A DNA stretch of 64,000 nt from Malacoraja senta (taxonomy: Eukaryota): contig CM075995.1 in NCBI GenBank assembly GCA_038087875.1, positions 7,070,001-7,134,000 on the forward strand, given 5' to 3'. The notes beneath the pieces were generated by a model that saw only the letters and a program-made list of their open reading frames with translations, was not told the origin of the DNA and did not search any database. Below, piece after piece: positions 38,166-50,045 of this stretch. Within the stretch, counting starts at the first letter, position 1. Each line of letters begins with the position of its first letter. The translations under genes and the position numbers were made by a program.

Positions 38166-39710
38166 TTGGTGAGGATTCAGTGGGCCGAAGGGCCTGTTTC
38201 TCTACTGTATCTCTAAAACTAAAACTACTATACATAAATGCAATCAAGTCAAACTCAAGTACCATAGATAGACCAAAGGGAACAGGATGTAGCTCTCAGT
38301 ATTGGAGAGTACCAGTTCCAGAGACAAAGTCCAATATTTGCAAGGGGGTAGAGGTGAATTGGACAGTACTCGAGCTTATGGAGGTAAATCGGACTTATGG
38401 AGGCAAATCTTATGGAGGTAAAGCTCATGGAGGTAAATCTGTGTTGGAAGGAAGTGCAGATGCTGGTTTACACCGAAGATAGACACAAAATGCTGGAGTA
38501 ACTCAGCGGGGCAGTCTCGACCCGAAACGTCACCCATTCCTTCTCTCCAGAGATGCTGCCTGTCCCGCTGAGTTACTCCAGCATTTTGTGTCTATCTTCG
38601 GTGTCTTAGCTGATGCGTGATCAAAGCAATCCACAGGTATTGATGTACAAGGAGATTTTAGGATCCAAGACCTTAGCTCCCTGAAAGTGACCACACAAGT
38701 GGATAGATGGGTAAAGATGGCTTTCCTTCATCAGCCTCACAGCGCCAGAGACCCGGCTTCGATCCTGACGCCGAAGGAGTTTGTACCCACATTCTGTGAC
38801 CGCGTGGGCTTTCTCCGGGTGCTCTGGTTTTCTCCCACATCCCAAAGACGTGCAGGTTCGTCAGTCATTTCGCTCTGGTGAAGGTTGTAAATTGTCCCCA
38901 GTGTGTGTAGGATAGCGCTAGTGTACGGGGCGATCGCTGGTCGGCGCGGACCCGGTGGGGCCGAAGGGCCTGCTTCTGTGCTGTATCTCTTTAACTAAAC
39001 CAAACTAAACAGTCAGGACATTGAGTGCAAGATCCAGGAAATTGTGTCGCAGCTTCGTGATCGATGGTCGGTGCGGACTCGATCGGCTGAAGGGCCTGTT
39101 TCCATGCTGCATCTCGAAACTAAACTGAAATGATAATATCACTGTTCAAAACAAACCGGTCGTTTTAGGGAGTGAAGGGGAGAAATATAGACAATAGACA
39201 ATAGGTGCAGGAGTAGGCCATTTGGCCCTTCGAGCCAGCACCGCCATTCAATGTGATCATGGCTGATCATCCCCAATCAGTACCCCGTTCCTGCCTTCTC
39301 CCCATATCACCTGACTCCGCTATTTTTAAGAGCCCTATCTAGCTCTCTCTTGAAAGCATCCAGAGAACCGGCCTCCACCGCCCTCTGAGGCAGAGAATTC
39401 CACAGACTCACAACTCTCTGTGAGAAAAAGTGTTTCCTCGTCTCCGTTCGAAATGGCTTACTCCTTATTCTTAAACTCCTTATCCTTGAAGGAACCCAGA
39501 GAGTTGTGAATCTGTGGAATTCTCTGCCTCGGAAGGCAGTGGAGGACGATTCTCTGGATGCATTCAAAAGAGTCCTCTGCCCCCCCCGGTGTGTTAGGGA
39601 AGCAGATGCGAATGTGGGATAACATAGAACTAACGTGAATAGGATATCGATGGTCGGCGTGGACTCGATGGGCCGAATGGCCCGTTTCCAAGCTGGATCT
39701 CTAAACTAAA

Positions 39711-40045
39711 GGGCGGCACGGTGGCGCAGTGGGAGAGCCACTGCCTCACAGCGCCCGAGACCCGGGTTCGATCCTGTCCACGGGTGCCGGCCTGTACGGA
39801 GTTTGTACGTTCTCCCCGTGACCTGCGTGGGTTTATCTCCGAGATCTTCGGTTTCCTCCCACACTCCAAAGACGTACAGGTTTGTGGGTTAATTGGCTTG
39901 CTATAAAAATGTGTAAATGTAAAATTGTCCCTCGTGTGTGCAGGGTAGTGTGTTGGTGTGCGGGGATCGCTGGTCGGCGCGGACTCGGTGGGCCGAAGGG
40001 CCTGTTTCCACGCTGTATCTCTAAACTAAACTAAACCAAACTAAA
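39711..40045 (+). mobile_element. V-SINE (HE1-like), full length
   Basis: GGGCGGCACGGTGGCGCAG head, GGTTCGATCC B box, V core and (CTAAA)n tail. Confidence 0.85.
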
Positions 40046-41009
40046 TTAGGCTAATCACATCAGCAGAACCCAGAACATTTATAAGTTTAATAAAACTATA
40101 AGTAAAACGCTGCACCTGAAGTGGTAAAATGGTAATTTAAAATAAAACTTTCAAAGCAATTCTATGATATAAAATGTAACAGAATACTACGAGCCTATAC
40201 TGTGCACTATCGTTAGTATCAGAACCTGCTCCTGCAATCTTGCTTTACCGATGTTGGGGGGAGTCCAGAACCAGGGGCCACAGTTTAAGAATAAGGGGTA
40301 GGCCATTTAGAACGGAGACGAGGAAACACTTTTTCACACAGAGAGTTGTGAGTCTGTGGAATTCTCTGTCTCAGAGGGCAGTAGAGGCCAATTCTCTGGA
40401 TGCTTTCAAGAGAGAGCTAGATGGGGCTCTTAAAGATAGTCAAGGGATATGGGGAGAAGGCAGGAACGGGGTACTGATTGTGGATGATCAGCCATGATCA
40501 CATTGAATGGCGGTGCTGGCTCGAAGGGCCGAATGACCTACTCCTGCACCTATTGTCTATTGATGTGTAGATTACTTGAACTAAATTGAACTAAATCATG
40601 AGAGGCATAGACAGGGTGGAGAGTCAGAACCTTTCTCTCTGGGTGGGAAAGATGAAAGATAAAAGTTGAATAGCAAGTTTGTCGGTGACACAAAACCAAG
40701 TGGGAATGTAAATGGTTGCCCAAAATTGCAGCAGGATCTTGATCGATTGGCCAGGTGATGGAATTTAATAGAGAAATGTAAGGTGGTGCATTTTGGAAAG
40801 TCGAACGTTGGCAGGGTCTACACAGTGAATGGTAGAGCTCTGGGGAGTGTGTAGAGCAGAGGGTTTAAGAAACATTTAGACAGGCACATGGCTAGAACAG
40901 GTTTAGAGGGATATGGGCCAAACATAAAACAGGTGGGACTAGTGCAGATACGGCATGTTGGTTGGTACGGGCAAGTTGGGCCAAAAGGCCACTTTCTACA
41001 CTGGATGAC

Positions 41010-41140
41010 TCGTGTGTGTGTGTGTATGTATATATATGTGTACGTGTGTGTGCATATATGTGTACGTGTGTAGATATATATGTGTGTATGTGTGTGTGTA
41101 TATCTGTGTTTGTATATGGATATATATGTGTGTGTGTTTG

Positions 41141-41173
<33 letters not shown>

Positions 41174-41366
41174 ATATATATGTATGTGTATATGTGTGAG
41201 TGTATGTGTGTATATATGTGTGCGTGTGTGTATATATATGTGTATGTGTGTATATATATGTGTGTGTGTGTATATATATATGTGTATGTGTGTGTATATG
41301 TGTGTATATATGTGTATGTGTGTGTGTAAATATGTGTGTATATATATGTGTGTGTGTGTATATGTA

Positions 41367-41397
<31 letters not shown>

Positions 41398-41408
41398 ATA
41401 TATGTGTT

Positions 41409-41453
<45 letters not shown>

Positions 41454-41585
41454 ATGTATATATGTATATGTGTGTGTGTATATGTGTGTGTGTGTATGTG
41501 TGTGTGTGTGTGTATATGTGTGTGTGTATATATGTGTTGGTTTGTATATAGATATATATGTGTGTGTGTGTGTATATATATATAT
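41010..41585. repeat. Compound (TG)n/(TA)n microsatellite
   Basis: Seen directly. Confidence 0.95.
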
Positions 41586-42265
41586 CCCCTGCAACCACAG
41601 GAGATGCAAAATCTTCCCACCCAAACCACCCCCCTCCCCGGGTACTTTCCCCTGCAACCGCAGGAGATGCAACACCTGTCCCTTTATCTCCCCCCTCCGA
41701 CTCCATCCAAGGACCCAAACAGTCTTTCCAGGTGAGGCAGAGGTTCACTTGCGCCTCCTCCAACCTCATCTACTGTATCCGCTGCTCCAGGTGTCAACTT
41801 CTCTACATCGGCGAGACCAAGCGCAGGCTTGGCGATCGTTTCGCTGAACACCTCCGCTTAGTCCGCCTTAACCTACCTGATCTCCCGGTGGCTCAGCACT
41901 TCAACTCCCCTCCCTTTCCCAATATGACCTTTCTGTCCTGGGCCTCCTCCATTGTCAGAGTGAGGCCCAGCACAAATTAGATGAACAGCATCTCATATTT
42001 CGCTTGGGTAGTTTACACCCCAGCGGTATGAACATTGACTTCTCTAACTTCAAGTAGCCCTTGCTTTCTCTCTCCGCCCCCTCCCATCCCAGTTCTCCCA
42101 CTAGTCTTACTTTGTCCCCACCCCCTACCCTGACATCAGTCTGAAGAAGGGTCTCGAGGCGAAACGTCGCCCATTCCTTCTCTCCAGAGATGCTGCCTGT
42201 CCCGCTGAGTTACTCCAGCATTTTGTGTCTACCTTCGATTTAAACCACCATCTGTAGTTCTTTCT
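41586..42265 (+). mobile_element. Penelope-like retroelement 3' fragment (GIY-YIG endonuclease plus terminal repeat)
   Basis: QGPKQSFQVRQRFTCASSNLIYCIRCSRCQLLYIGETKRRLGDRFAEH...PVAQHFN, with the IY..C..C...YIGET..R...R..EH motif. Confidence 0.9.
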
Positions 42266-42361
<96 letters not shown>

Positions 42362-42477
42362 CACGTTTATATATAACAGAGTAAGATTTTCATATGTTAA
42401 ACTTCTTCTGCTGTTGCAGCTGAAACTCTGTGGGGAATGCAGTTCCTTACAGCATGAACGTTTGGACTCCACTGTGG

Positions 42478-42905
42478 TCAAGTCAAGTCAAGTCACATTT
42501 ATTTATATAGCACATTTAAAAAACAACTCTCGTTGGCCAAAGTGCTTTACATTTGTTATAAGAATAGTATAAACAAACAAACTACATACATATATACATA
42601 TAGCCCTCGCTCAGAGGACGTCAAGAAAGGCTTGGGAGTATAGATAAGTTTTTAGTCTTGACTTAAAGGAGTTGATGGAGGGGGCAATTCTGATGGGAAG
42701 GGGGATGCTGTTCCACAGTCTAGGAGCTGCAACCGCAAAGGCGCGGTCGCCCCTGAGCTTATGCCTAGACCGCGGGATATTCAGCAACCCCAAGTCGGCC
42801 GATCTGAGGGACCTGGAGGTGGAGTGGTGGGTGAGCAGACTTTTAATGTAGGTGGGGGCAAGCCCATTGAGGGCTTTGTAGACATAGAGGAGGATCTTGT
42901 CAAGG
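42478..42905 (-). mobile_element. L2 LINE 3' end with (TTGAC)n tail
   Basis: KILLYVYKALNGLAPTYI...RSLRSAD...RGDRAFAVAAPRLWNSIP...FKSRLKTYLY. Confidence 0.85.
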
Positions 42906-43290
42906 TTAAGGGCCTGTCCCACTTGGCGATTTTGTTTTTGGCGACTGCCGGCGTCATTGACTTACATATCAGGTCACCGGAAAAGTCGCGGTGTGACGAC
43001 GTATTGACGCGCGGCTTTTCCTCAAGTGTCGCAACAATTTTATTTGTCGCCGCTGGATTTTGAAATGTTCTAAATCCTTCGGTGACCCTGACACGTCAGT
43101 CAATGACGCCGGCAGTCGCCGAAAAAAATCGGCAAGTGCATCATCGTTCTGCATGATTGAGGAGCGTGCGTGATCCGGGGTGGGTTCCGGTTTGCCCGTG
43201 ATAATCGTGCGCTTCGCTTGCCTTTCGACGTGCTGTTGCGATAATTGACGACCGATCTTCCCCCCCCCCCTCCCCCTCCCTTGGTGACAG

Positions 43291-43414
43291 GAACCTGCCC
43301 TTGGCGATTGCTATTTCCATGCCCCTGGTAACGATCATCTACCTCCTGACGAACGTGGCCTACTACGCAGTCCTGGACATCCCCACCATCCTCCACAGTG
43401 ATGCCGTTGCCGTG
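43291..43414 (+). CDS. SLC7A6-like: y+L amino acid transporter, internal exon, 124 bp
   Basis: Encodes (R)[42 protein letters not shown]-rich tract and gacag|G acceptor, GTG|gtaagt donor. In frame with the previous exon. Confidence 0.95.
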
Positions 43415-43571
43415 GTAAGTCTTTGCTGCCAAGCTCTACAACACAATGGCCTGACTGTGGTGATTCCGATCTTTTTGGTCTGTTGGATTCGGGCTCACAG
43501 GAGCAGTTTTTTTTTTTTTTCTTGTACGATTTAACAAGTGAGCGATAGGGATCTGGTCAGAGCAGAGCGAC

Positions 43572-46500
43572 AGAGTCATGGAGTGATACAGCGTGGAAAC
43601 AGGCCCAGCTTGCCCACACCAGCCAACATGTCCCATCTAGACTAGTCCCACCTGCCCGCGTTTGGTCCATATCCCTCCAAACCTGTCCTATCCATGTACT
43701 TGTCTAACTGTTTCTTAAACGCTGGGATAGTCCCAGCCTCAGCTACCTCCTCTAGCAGCTTTGTTCCATACACCCACCACCCTTTGTGTGAAAAGGTTAC
43801 CCCTCAGATTCCTATTGTCTTTTCCCCATCACCTTGAACCTACGTCCCCTGGTCCCCGATTCCCCTACTCTGGGCAAGAGACTCTGTGCATCCACCCGAT
43901 CTATTCCTCTCATGATTTTATACACCTCTATAAGATCACCCCTCATCCTCCTGCGCTCCAATGAATAGAGTCCCAGCCTGCTCAACCTCTCCCTGTAGCT
44001 CAGGCCCTCTAGCCCTGGCAACATCCTTGTAAATCTTCTCTGTACCCTGTCCAACTTGACACCATCTTTTCTATAACATGGCACCTGGAACTGAACACAA
44101 TACTCTAAATTCCATTCCGTGAGGAATTTCTGCGGGTGCTCCGGTTTCCTCCCACACTCCAAAGACGTGCAGGTTTGTAGGTTAATTGCTTTGGTATCCG
44201 TGTGTCGGATAGTGCTAGTGTACGGGGTATTCGCTGGTCAACGCAGACCTAACCCTCGTGTGTTGGATAGTGCTAGCGTACGGAGTGATCGCCGGTCGAC
44301 ACCGACTAGGTGGGAAGAAGGGCCTGATTCCACCCTGTGTCTCTAAAGTCTAAAGTGTCTTCTCAAGAGAATTAACAAGCGACCTAATGCCGTCAACCTC
44401 CCCTGTGGACGCCAAGCATGAGGCCAGCAGCAGAGAGCATTGATGGTGTCAAGGCGACCTGACCTGCACTGGTTGCATTAGCATCAGCCCATCCAGCGTG
44501 GGATCACATAACAGGGATGTGAATACGTGGCGCTGATACAAAAATAGGTGGAAGGGCAGGTTGTGTAGAGAAAGCAGGGACTCTGCAGAAGGACTTTAAT
44601 ATAGTGATTCAGCATGGAAACAGGCCCTTCGGCCCACCGGGTCTGCGCCGACCACCAATCCCCGCTCACAAACACCATCCAACACATACTAGTGACATTT
44701 TTTACATTTACCAAGCCAATTAACCTACAAACCTGTACGTCTTTGGAGTGTGGGAGGAAACCGAAGATCTCGGAGAAAACCCACGCAGGTCACGGGGAGA
44801 ACGTACAAACTCCGTACAGGCAGCACCCGTGGTCAGGATCGAACCTGGGTCTCCGGCGCTGTAAGGCAGCGACTTTACCGCTGTGCCGCTGTGGCATGGA
44901 CAGGTTGGGAGGGTGGGCAGAGAAGTGGCAGATGGAATACAGTGCAGCAATGTGCGGAGTCATGCATTTTGTTCGTAGGAATAAAGGCTGTAGACTATTT
45001 TCTAAATGGGGAGAGAATCCAGAAATCGGAGGTGCAAAGGGACTTGGGAATGCTGGTGCAGGACTCCCAAAAAGATAATCTGCAAGTCGAATGGGCAGTA
45101 AAGAAAGCAAACTTAATGCTGGCATTTATTTCCAGAGGGCTTGTATACAAAAACAGGGATGTAATGTTGAGGCTCTATAAGCCGCTGGTCAGGCCACATT
45201 TGGAATATTGCGAGCAATTTTGGGCCCCATATCTGAGGAAGGATGTGCTGGCTCTGGAGAGGGTCCAGAGGTTTACGAGAATGATGCCAGGAATGAGTTG
45301 GTTAACATATGATGAGCATTTGACAGCACTGGGCCTGTACTCGCTGGAGTTTAGATGGTTGAGGGGGGGACCTCATTGAAACTTACAGAATAATGAAAGG
45401 CATAGATAGAGTGGATGTGGAGAGGATGTTTCCACTAGTGGGAGAGTCCAGGACCAGAGGTCATGGCCTCAGAATTAAAGGGCGCTCTTTTAGAAAGGAG
45501 GTGAGGAGGAACTTCTTTAGTCAGAGGGCAGTTAATTTAGACAATAGACAATAGGTGCAGGAGTAGGCCATTTGGCCCTTCGAGCCAGCACCGCCATTCA
45601 ATGTGATCATGGCTGATCATCCCCAAACAATACCTCGTTCCTGCCTTCTCCCCATATCCCCTGACTCCGCTATTTTTAAGAGCCCTATCTAGCTCTCTCT
45701 TGAAAGCATCCAGAGATCCTGCCTCCACCACCCTCTGAGGCAGAGAATTCCACAGACTCACCGCTCCCTGTGAGAAAAAGTGTTTCCTCGTCTCCGTTCT
45801 AAATGGCTTACTCCTTATTCTTAAACTGTGTGGCCCCTGGTTCCGGACTCCCCCAACATCGGGAACATGTTTCCTGCCTCTAGCGTGTCCAAACCCTTAA
45901 CAATCTTATATGTTTCAATGAGATATCCTCTCATCCTTCTAAACTCCAGAGTGTACAAGCCCAGCTGCTCCATTCTCTCAGCATATGACAGTCCCACCAT
46001 CCCGGGAATTAACCTTGTAAACCTACGCTGCACTCCCTCAATAGCAAGAATGTCCTTCCTCAAATTAGGGGACCAAAACTGCACACAATACTCCAGGTGT
46101 GGTCTCACTGGGGCTCTGTACAACTGCAGAAGGACCTCTTTGCTCCTACATTCGATTCCTCTTGTTATAAAGGCCAACATTTGTGGAACTTATTGCCACG
46201 GAGGGCTGTAGAGACCAAGTCAGTGGATATTTTTTAAGGCAGAGATAGACCCATTCTTCATTAGAACGGGAGTCAAGGGTTATTGGGAGATGGCAGGAAA
46301 ATGGGATTAGGAGGCAGAGATCAGCCATGATTGAATGGCGATGGGCCGAATGGCCTAATTCTACACTTGTGAACTAGTGTGGAATGACTTCAGCCTGTGG
46401 GATATCAGGCATCAGTGAATGGGCCCATTGTGGGCTGTGGGAGAGGTGATTACGAAGGGAGACTTAAAATACTGGAGTAACTCCAGTAGATGGTAGATGC

Positions 46501-48022
46501 ACAGAGTCCTTTGCCCAGCCTTGAGACCTGCACCAGCATTCCCAAGTCCCTTTGCATCTCCGATTTCTGGATTCTCTCCCCATTTAGAAAATAGTCTACA
46601 GCCTTCATTCCTACGACCAAAATGCATGACTCCGCACATTGCTGCACTGTATTCCGTCTGCCACTTCTCTGCCCACCCTCCCAACCTGTCCATGCCACGG
46701 CGGCACAGCGGTAAAGTCGCTGCCTTACAGCGCCGGAGACCCAGGTTCGATCCTGACCACGGGTGCTGCCTGTACGGAGTTTGTACGTTCTCCCCGTGAC
46801 CTGCGTGGGTTTTCTCCGAGATCTTCGGTTTCCTCCCACACTCCAAAGACGTACAGGTTTGTAGGTTAATTGGCTTCGTAAATGTAAAAAAATGTCACTA
46901 GTATGTGTTGGATGGTGTTTGTGAGCGGGGATTGCTGGTCGGCGCAGACCCGGTGGGCCGAAGGGCCTGTTTCCATGCTGAATCACTATATTAAAGTCCT
47001 TCTGCAGAGTCCCTGCTTTCTCTACACAACCTGCCCTTCCATCTATTTTTGTATCAGCGCCAGGTATTCACATCCCTGTTATGTGATCCCACGCTGGATG
47101 CGCTGATGCCAATGCAACCAGTGCAGGTCAGGTCGCCTTGACACCATCAATGCTCTCTGCTGCTGGCCTCATGCTTGGCGTCCACAGGGGAGGTTGACGG
47201 CATTAGGTCGCTTGTTAAATCTCTTGAGCAGACACTTTAGACTTTAGAGACACAGGGTGGAAACAGGCCCTTCTTCCCACCCAGTCGGCGTCGACCGGCG
47301 ATCACTCCGTACGCTAGCACTATCCAACACACGAGGGTTAAGTCTGCGTTGACCAGCGATCACCCCGTACACTAGCACTATCCAACACACGGATACCAAA
47401 GCAAATTAACCTACAAACCTGCACGTCTTTGGAATGTGGGAGGAAACCGGAGCACCCGCAGAAATTCCACACGGAATGGAATTTAGAGTATTGTGTTCAG
47501 TTCCAGGCGCCATGTTATAGAAAAGATGGTGTCAAGTTGGACAGGGTACAGAGAAGATTTACAAGGATGTTGCCAGGGCTCGAGGGCCTGAGCTACAGGG
47601 AGAGGTTGAGTAGGCTGGGAATCTATTCCTTGAAGCCCAGGAGAATGAGGGGTGATCTTAAAGAGGTGTACAAAATCATGAGAGGAATAGGTCGGGTAGA
47701 CGCACAGAGTCTCTTGCCCAGAGCAGGTGAATCGAGGACCAGAGGACATGGGTTCAAGGTGAAGGGGAAAAGATTTAATAGGAATCTGAGGGGTGACTTT
47801 TTCACACAAAGGGTGGTGGGTGTATGGAACGAGCTGCCGGAGGAGGTAGTTGAGGCTGGGACTATCCCAACGTTTAATCAAACAGGTACAGTACATGGAC
47901 AGGTTTAGAGGGATATGGACCAAGCGCAGGCAGGTGGGAATAGTGTGGCTGGGACATGTTGGTCGGTGTGGGCAAGTTGGGCCGAAGGGCCTGTTTTGCA
48001 CGCTGTATCACTCTATGACTCT
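43572..48022. repeat. Long inverted duplication: arms ~43572-45062 and ~46527-48022, spacer ~1.46 kb
   Basis: The same CR1/SINE/unique/SINE/CR1 mosaic, including identical junctions, occurs in opposite orientations. Mirrored ORFs 43812-44162(-)/47429-47908(+) and 44484-44714(-)/46903-47106(+). Confidence 0.92.
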
Positions 48023-49190
48023 ACAACTCATTGGGTCAGACAGCATCTCTGGAGAAAAGAAATGGGCGACATTTTGGGTTGAGACGCTCCTTCAGACGAA
48101 GAGGTACAGGGATGCGAACTAGTGGGACGACTGGGGGCGGGGGGTGGGTTGGGGGGGAGGGGGCAGCGAGGGAATGCAAGGGTGACGTGAAATGAGAGAA
48201 ATCGGCATTCATACCGCTGGATTGTTGGAGAACGGGCAAACTCCACACAGACAGCACCCGAGGTCAGGATCAAAACCGTGTCTCTGGCGCCGTGAGGCAG
48301 CAGCTCTACCAGCTGCGCCACCCCTGTCACCCTTACTTTCTTGTCTATATCAGAGTATTCCACCTTAGTAACCAGATGGTGGACACAAAACCAGATGTTT
48401 TATATCCACGTACATGGATAGGACAGGTTTGGAGAGATATGGACAGGTGGGACTAGTGCAGGTGGGACATGTTGGGCGGTGTGGGCAAATTGGGCCGAAG
48501 GGCCTGTTTCCACACTGCATCACTTCATGACTGCACGACTATGACTCAATGAGTATAGACGCAAAGAGTTCCTTCTGCAGTTGTACAGGGCCCTAGTGAG
48601 ACCACATCTGGAGCATAGTGTGCAGTTTTGGGATGGCGGGACTGTCATACGTTGATAGAATGGAGCGGCTGGGCTTGTATACGCTGGAATTTAGAAGGAT
48701 GAGAGGGGATCTTATTGAAACATATAAGATTATTATGGGTTTGGACACGCTAGAGGCAGGAAACATGTTCCCGATGTTGGGGGGGGGGGGGGAGTCCAGA
48801 ACCAGGGGCCACAGTTTAAGAATAAGGGGTAAGCTATTTAGATCGGAGATGAGAAAAAACATTTTCACACAGAGAGTTGTGAATCTGTGGAATTCTCTGC
48901 CTCAGAGGGCGGTGGAGGCCGGTTCTCTGGATGCTTTCAAGAGAGAGTTAGATAGAACTGTTAAAGATAGCGGAGTCAGGGCATATGGGGAGAAGGCAGG
49001 AACGGGGTACTGATTGGGGATGATCAGCCATGATCACAGCCGAATGGCGGTGCTGGCTCGAAGGGCCGAATGGCCTACTCCTGCACCGATTGTCTATTGT
49101 CTATTGTCCATGACTATGGCTCCGTGACTAAGGCTCTGTGACTCTATGACTACGTTGAACGTCAGACACACAAAACACTGTTTCTTTTAG

Positions 49191-49294
49191 ACTTTTGCAG
49201 ATGGTGTCCTGGGTTACGTGAAGTGGCTCATACCACTGTCGGTAGCGATATCCTGCTACGGTGGCCTTAACTCGTCTATCATTGCATCCTCCAG
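49191..49294 (+). CDS. SLC7A6-like: y+L amino acid transporter, internal exon, 104 bp
   Basis: Encodes [34 protein letters not shown](R). Acceptor tttcttttag|ACT, donor AG|gtaagt. Absent from the ORF track and found by direct translation. Confidence 0.95.
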
Positions 49295-50045
49295 GTAAGT
49301 GAAGTGGGTGGAGCATTTCAAACTGCAGAGCCCAACATTCTGAGAAGATTGGCCAGCACGGTGGCGCAGCGGTAGAATTCAGTTCAGTTCATTTTAGTTT
49401 ATTGTCACGTGTACCAAGGAACACTGAAAAGCTTTTGTTGCCTGCTAACCAGTCAGCGGAAAGACGATACCTGATTACAATCGAACCATCCACAGTGTGC
49501 AGAGATACAGGATAAACCTTTAGTGCAAGGTAAAGCCAGCAAAGTCCGATCAAGGATAGTCACCAGAGAGGTAGATAGAAGTTCAGGACCGCTCTCTGGA
49601 TGTGGTAGGATGATTCAGCTGCCTGATAACAGCTGGGAAGAAACTGTCCCTGAATCTGGAGGTGTGCGTTTTCACACTTCTGTACCTTTAGCCTGATGGG
49701 AGAGGGGAGAGGAGGGAGTGGCCGGGGTGCGAGTCGTCCTTGATTATGCTGCTGGCCTTGCTGAGGCTTACCTCACAGCGGCAGAGGTTGAGGGGAGACC
49801 TGAGGTATATATAACATTATGAGAGGCATAGATAGGCCAGACAGTCAGAACCTTTTACCCAGGATGGAAAAATCAAATACTCGAGGGCTTAGCGTTAAGG
49901 GGCATAGTTAAAATGAAATGTGCGGGGGGGTACAGTGACATAAGCAAGGAATGCTCATGCATGCACGTACAGCAGGCAGTGAAGAAAGCGAATGGCAAGT
50001 TGGCCATCATAACAATCTGAGTATAGGAGCAAAGAGGTCCTTCTG

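Noticed and set aside
38383..38440. Four copies of a ~15-bp unit (TTATGGAGGTAAA)
   Set aside because: Short local slippage duplication with no further structure.
39711..39790. tRNA-like A/B boxes here and in many other copies
   Set aside because: SINE heads continuing into V-domain and LINE tail, not tRNA genes.
40892..41847. Long HTYI/CVY ORFs
   Set aside because: Translations of the (TG)/(TA) microsatellite.
49191..49200. Alternative acceptor TTTTGCAG 10 nt into the exon
   Set aside because: It would shift the frame, and the sequence simply encodes the conserved TFAD.
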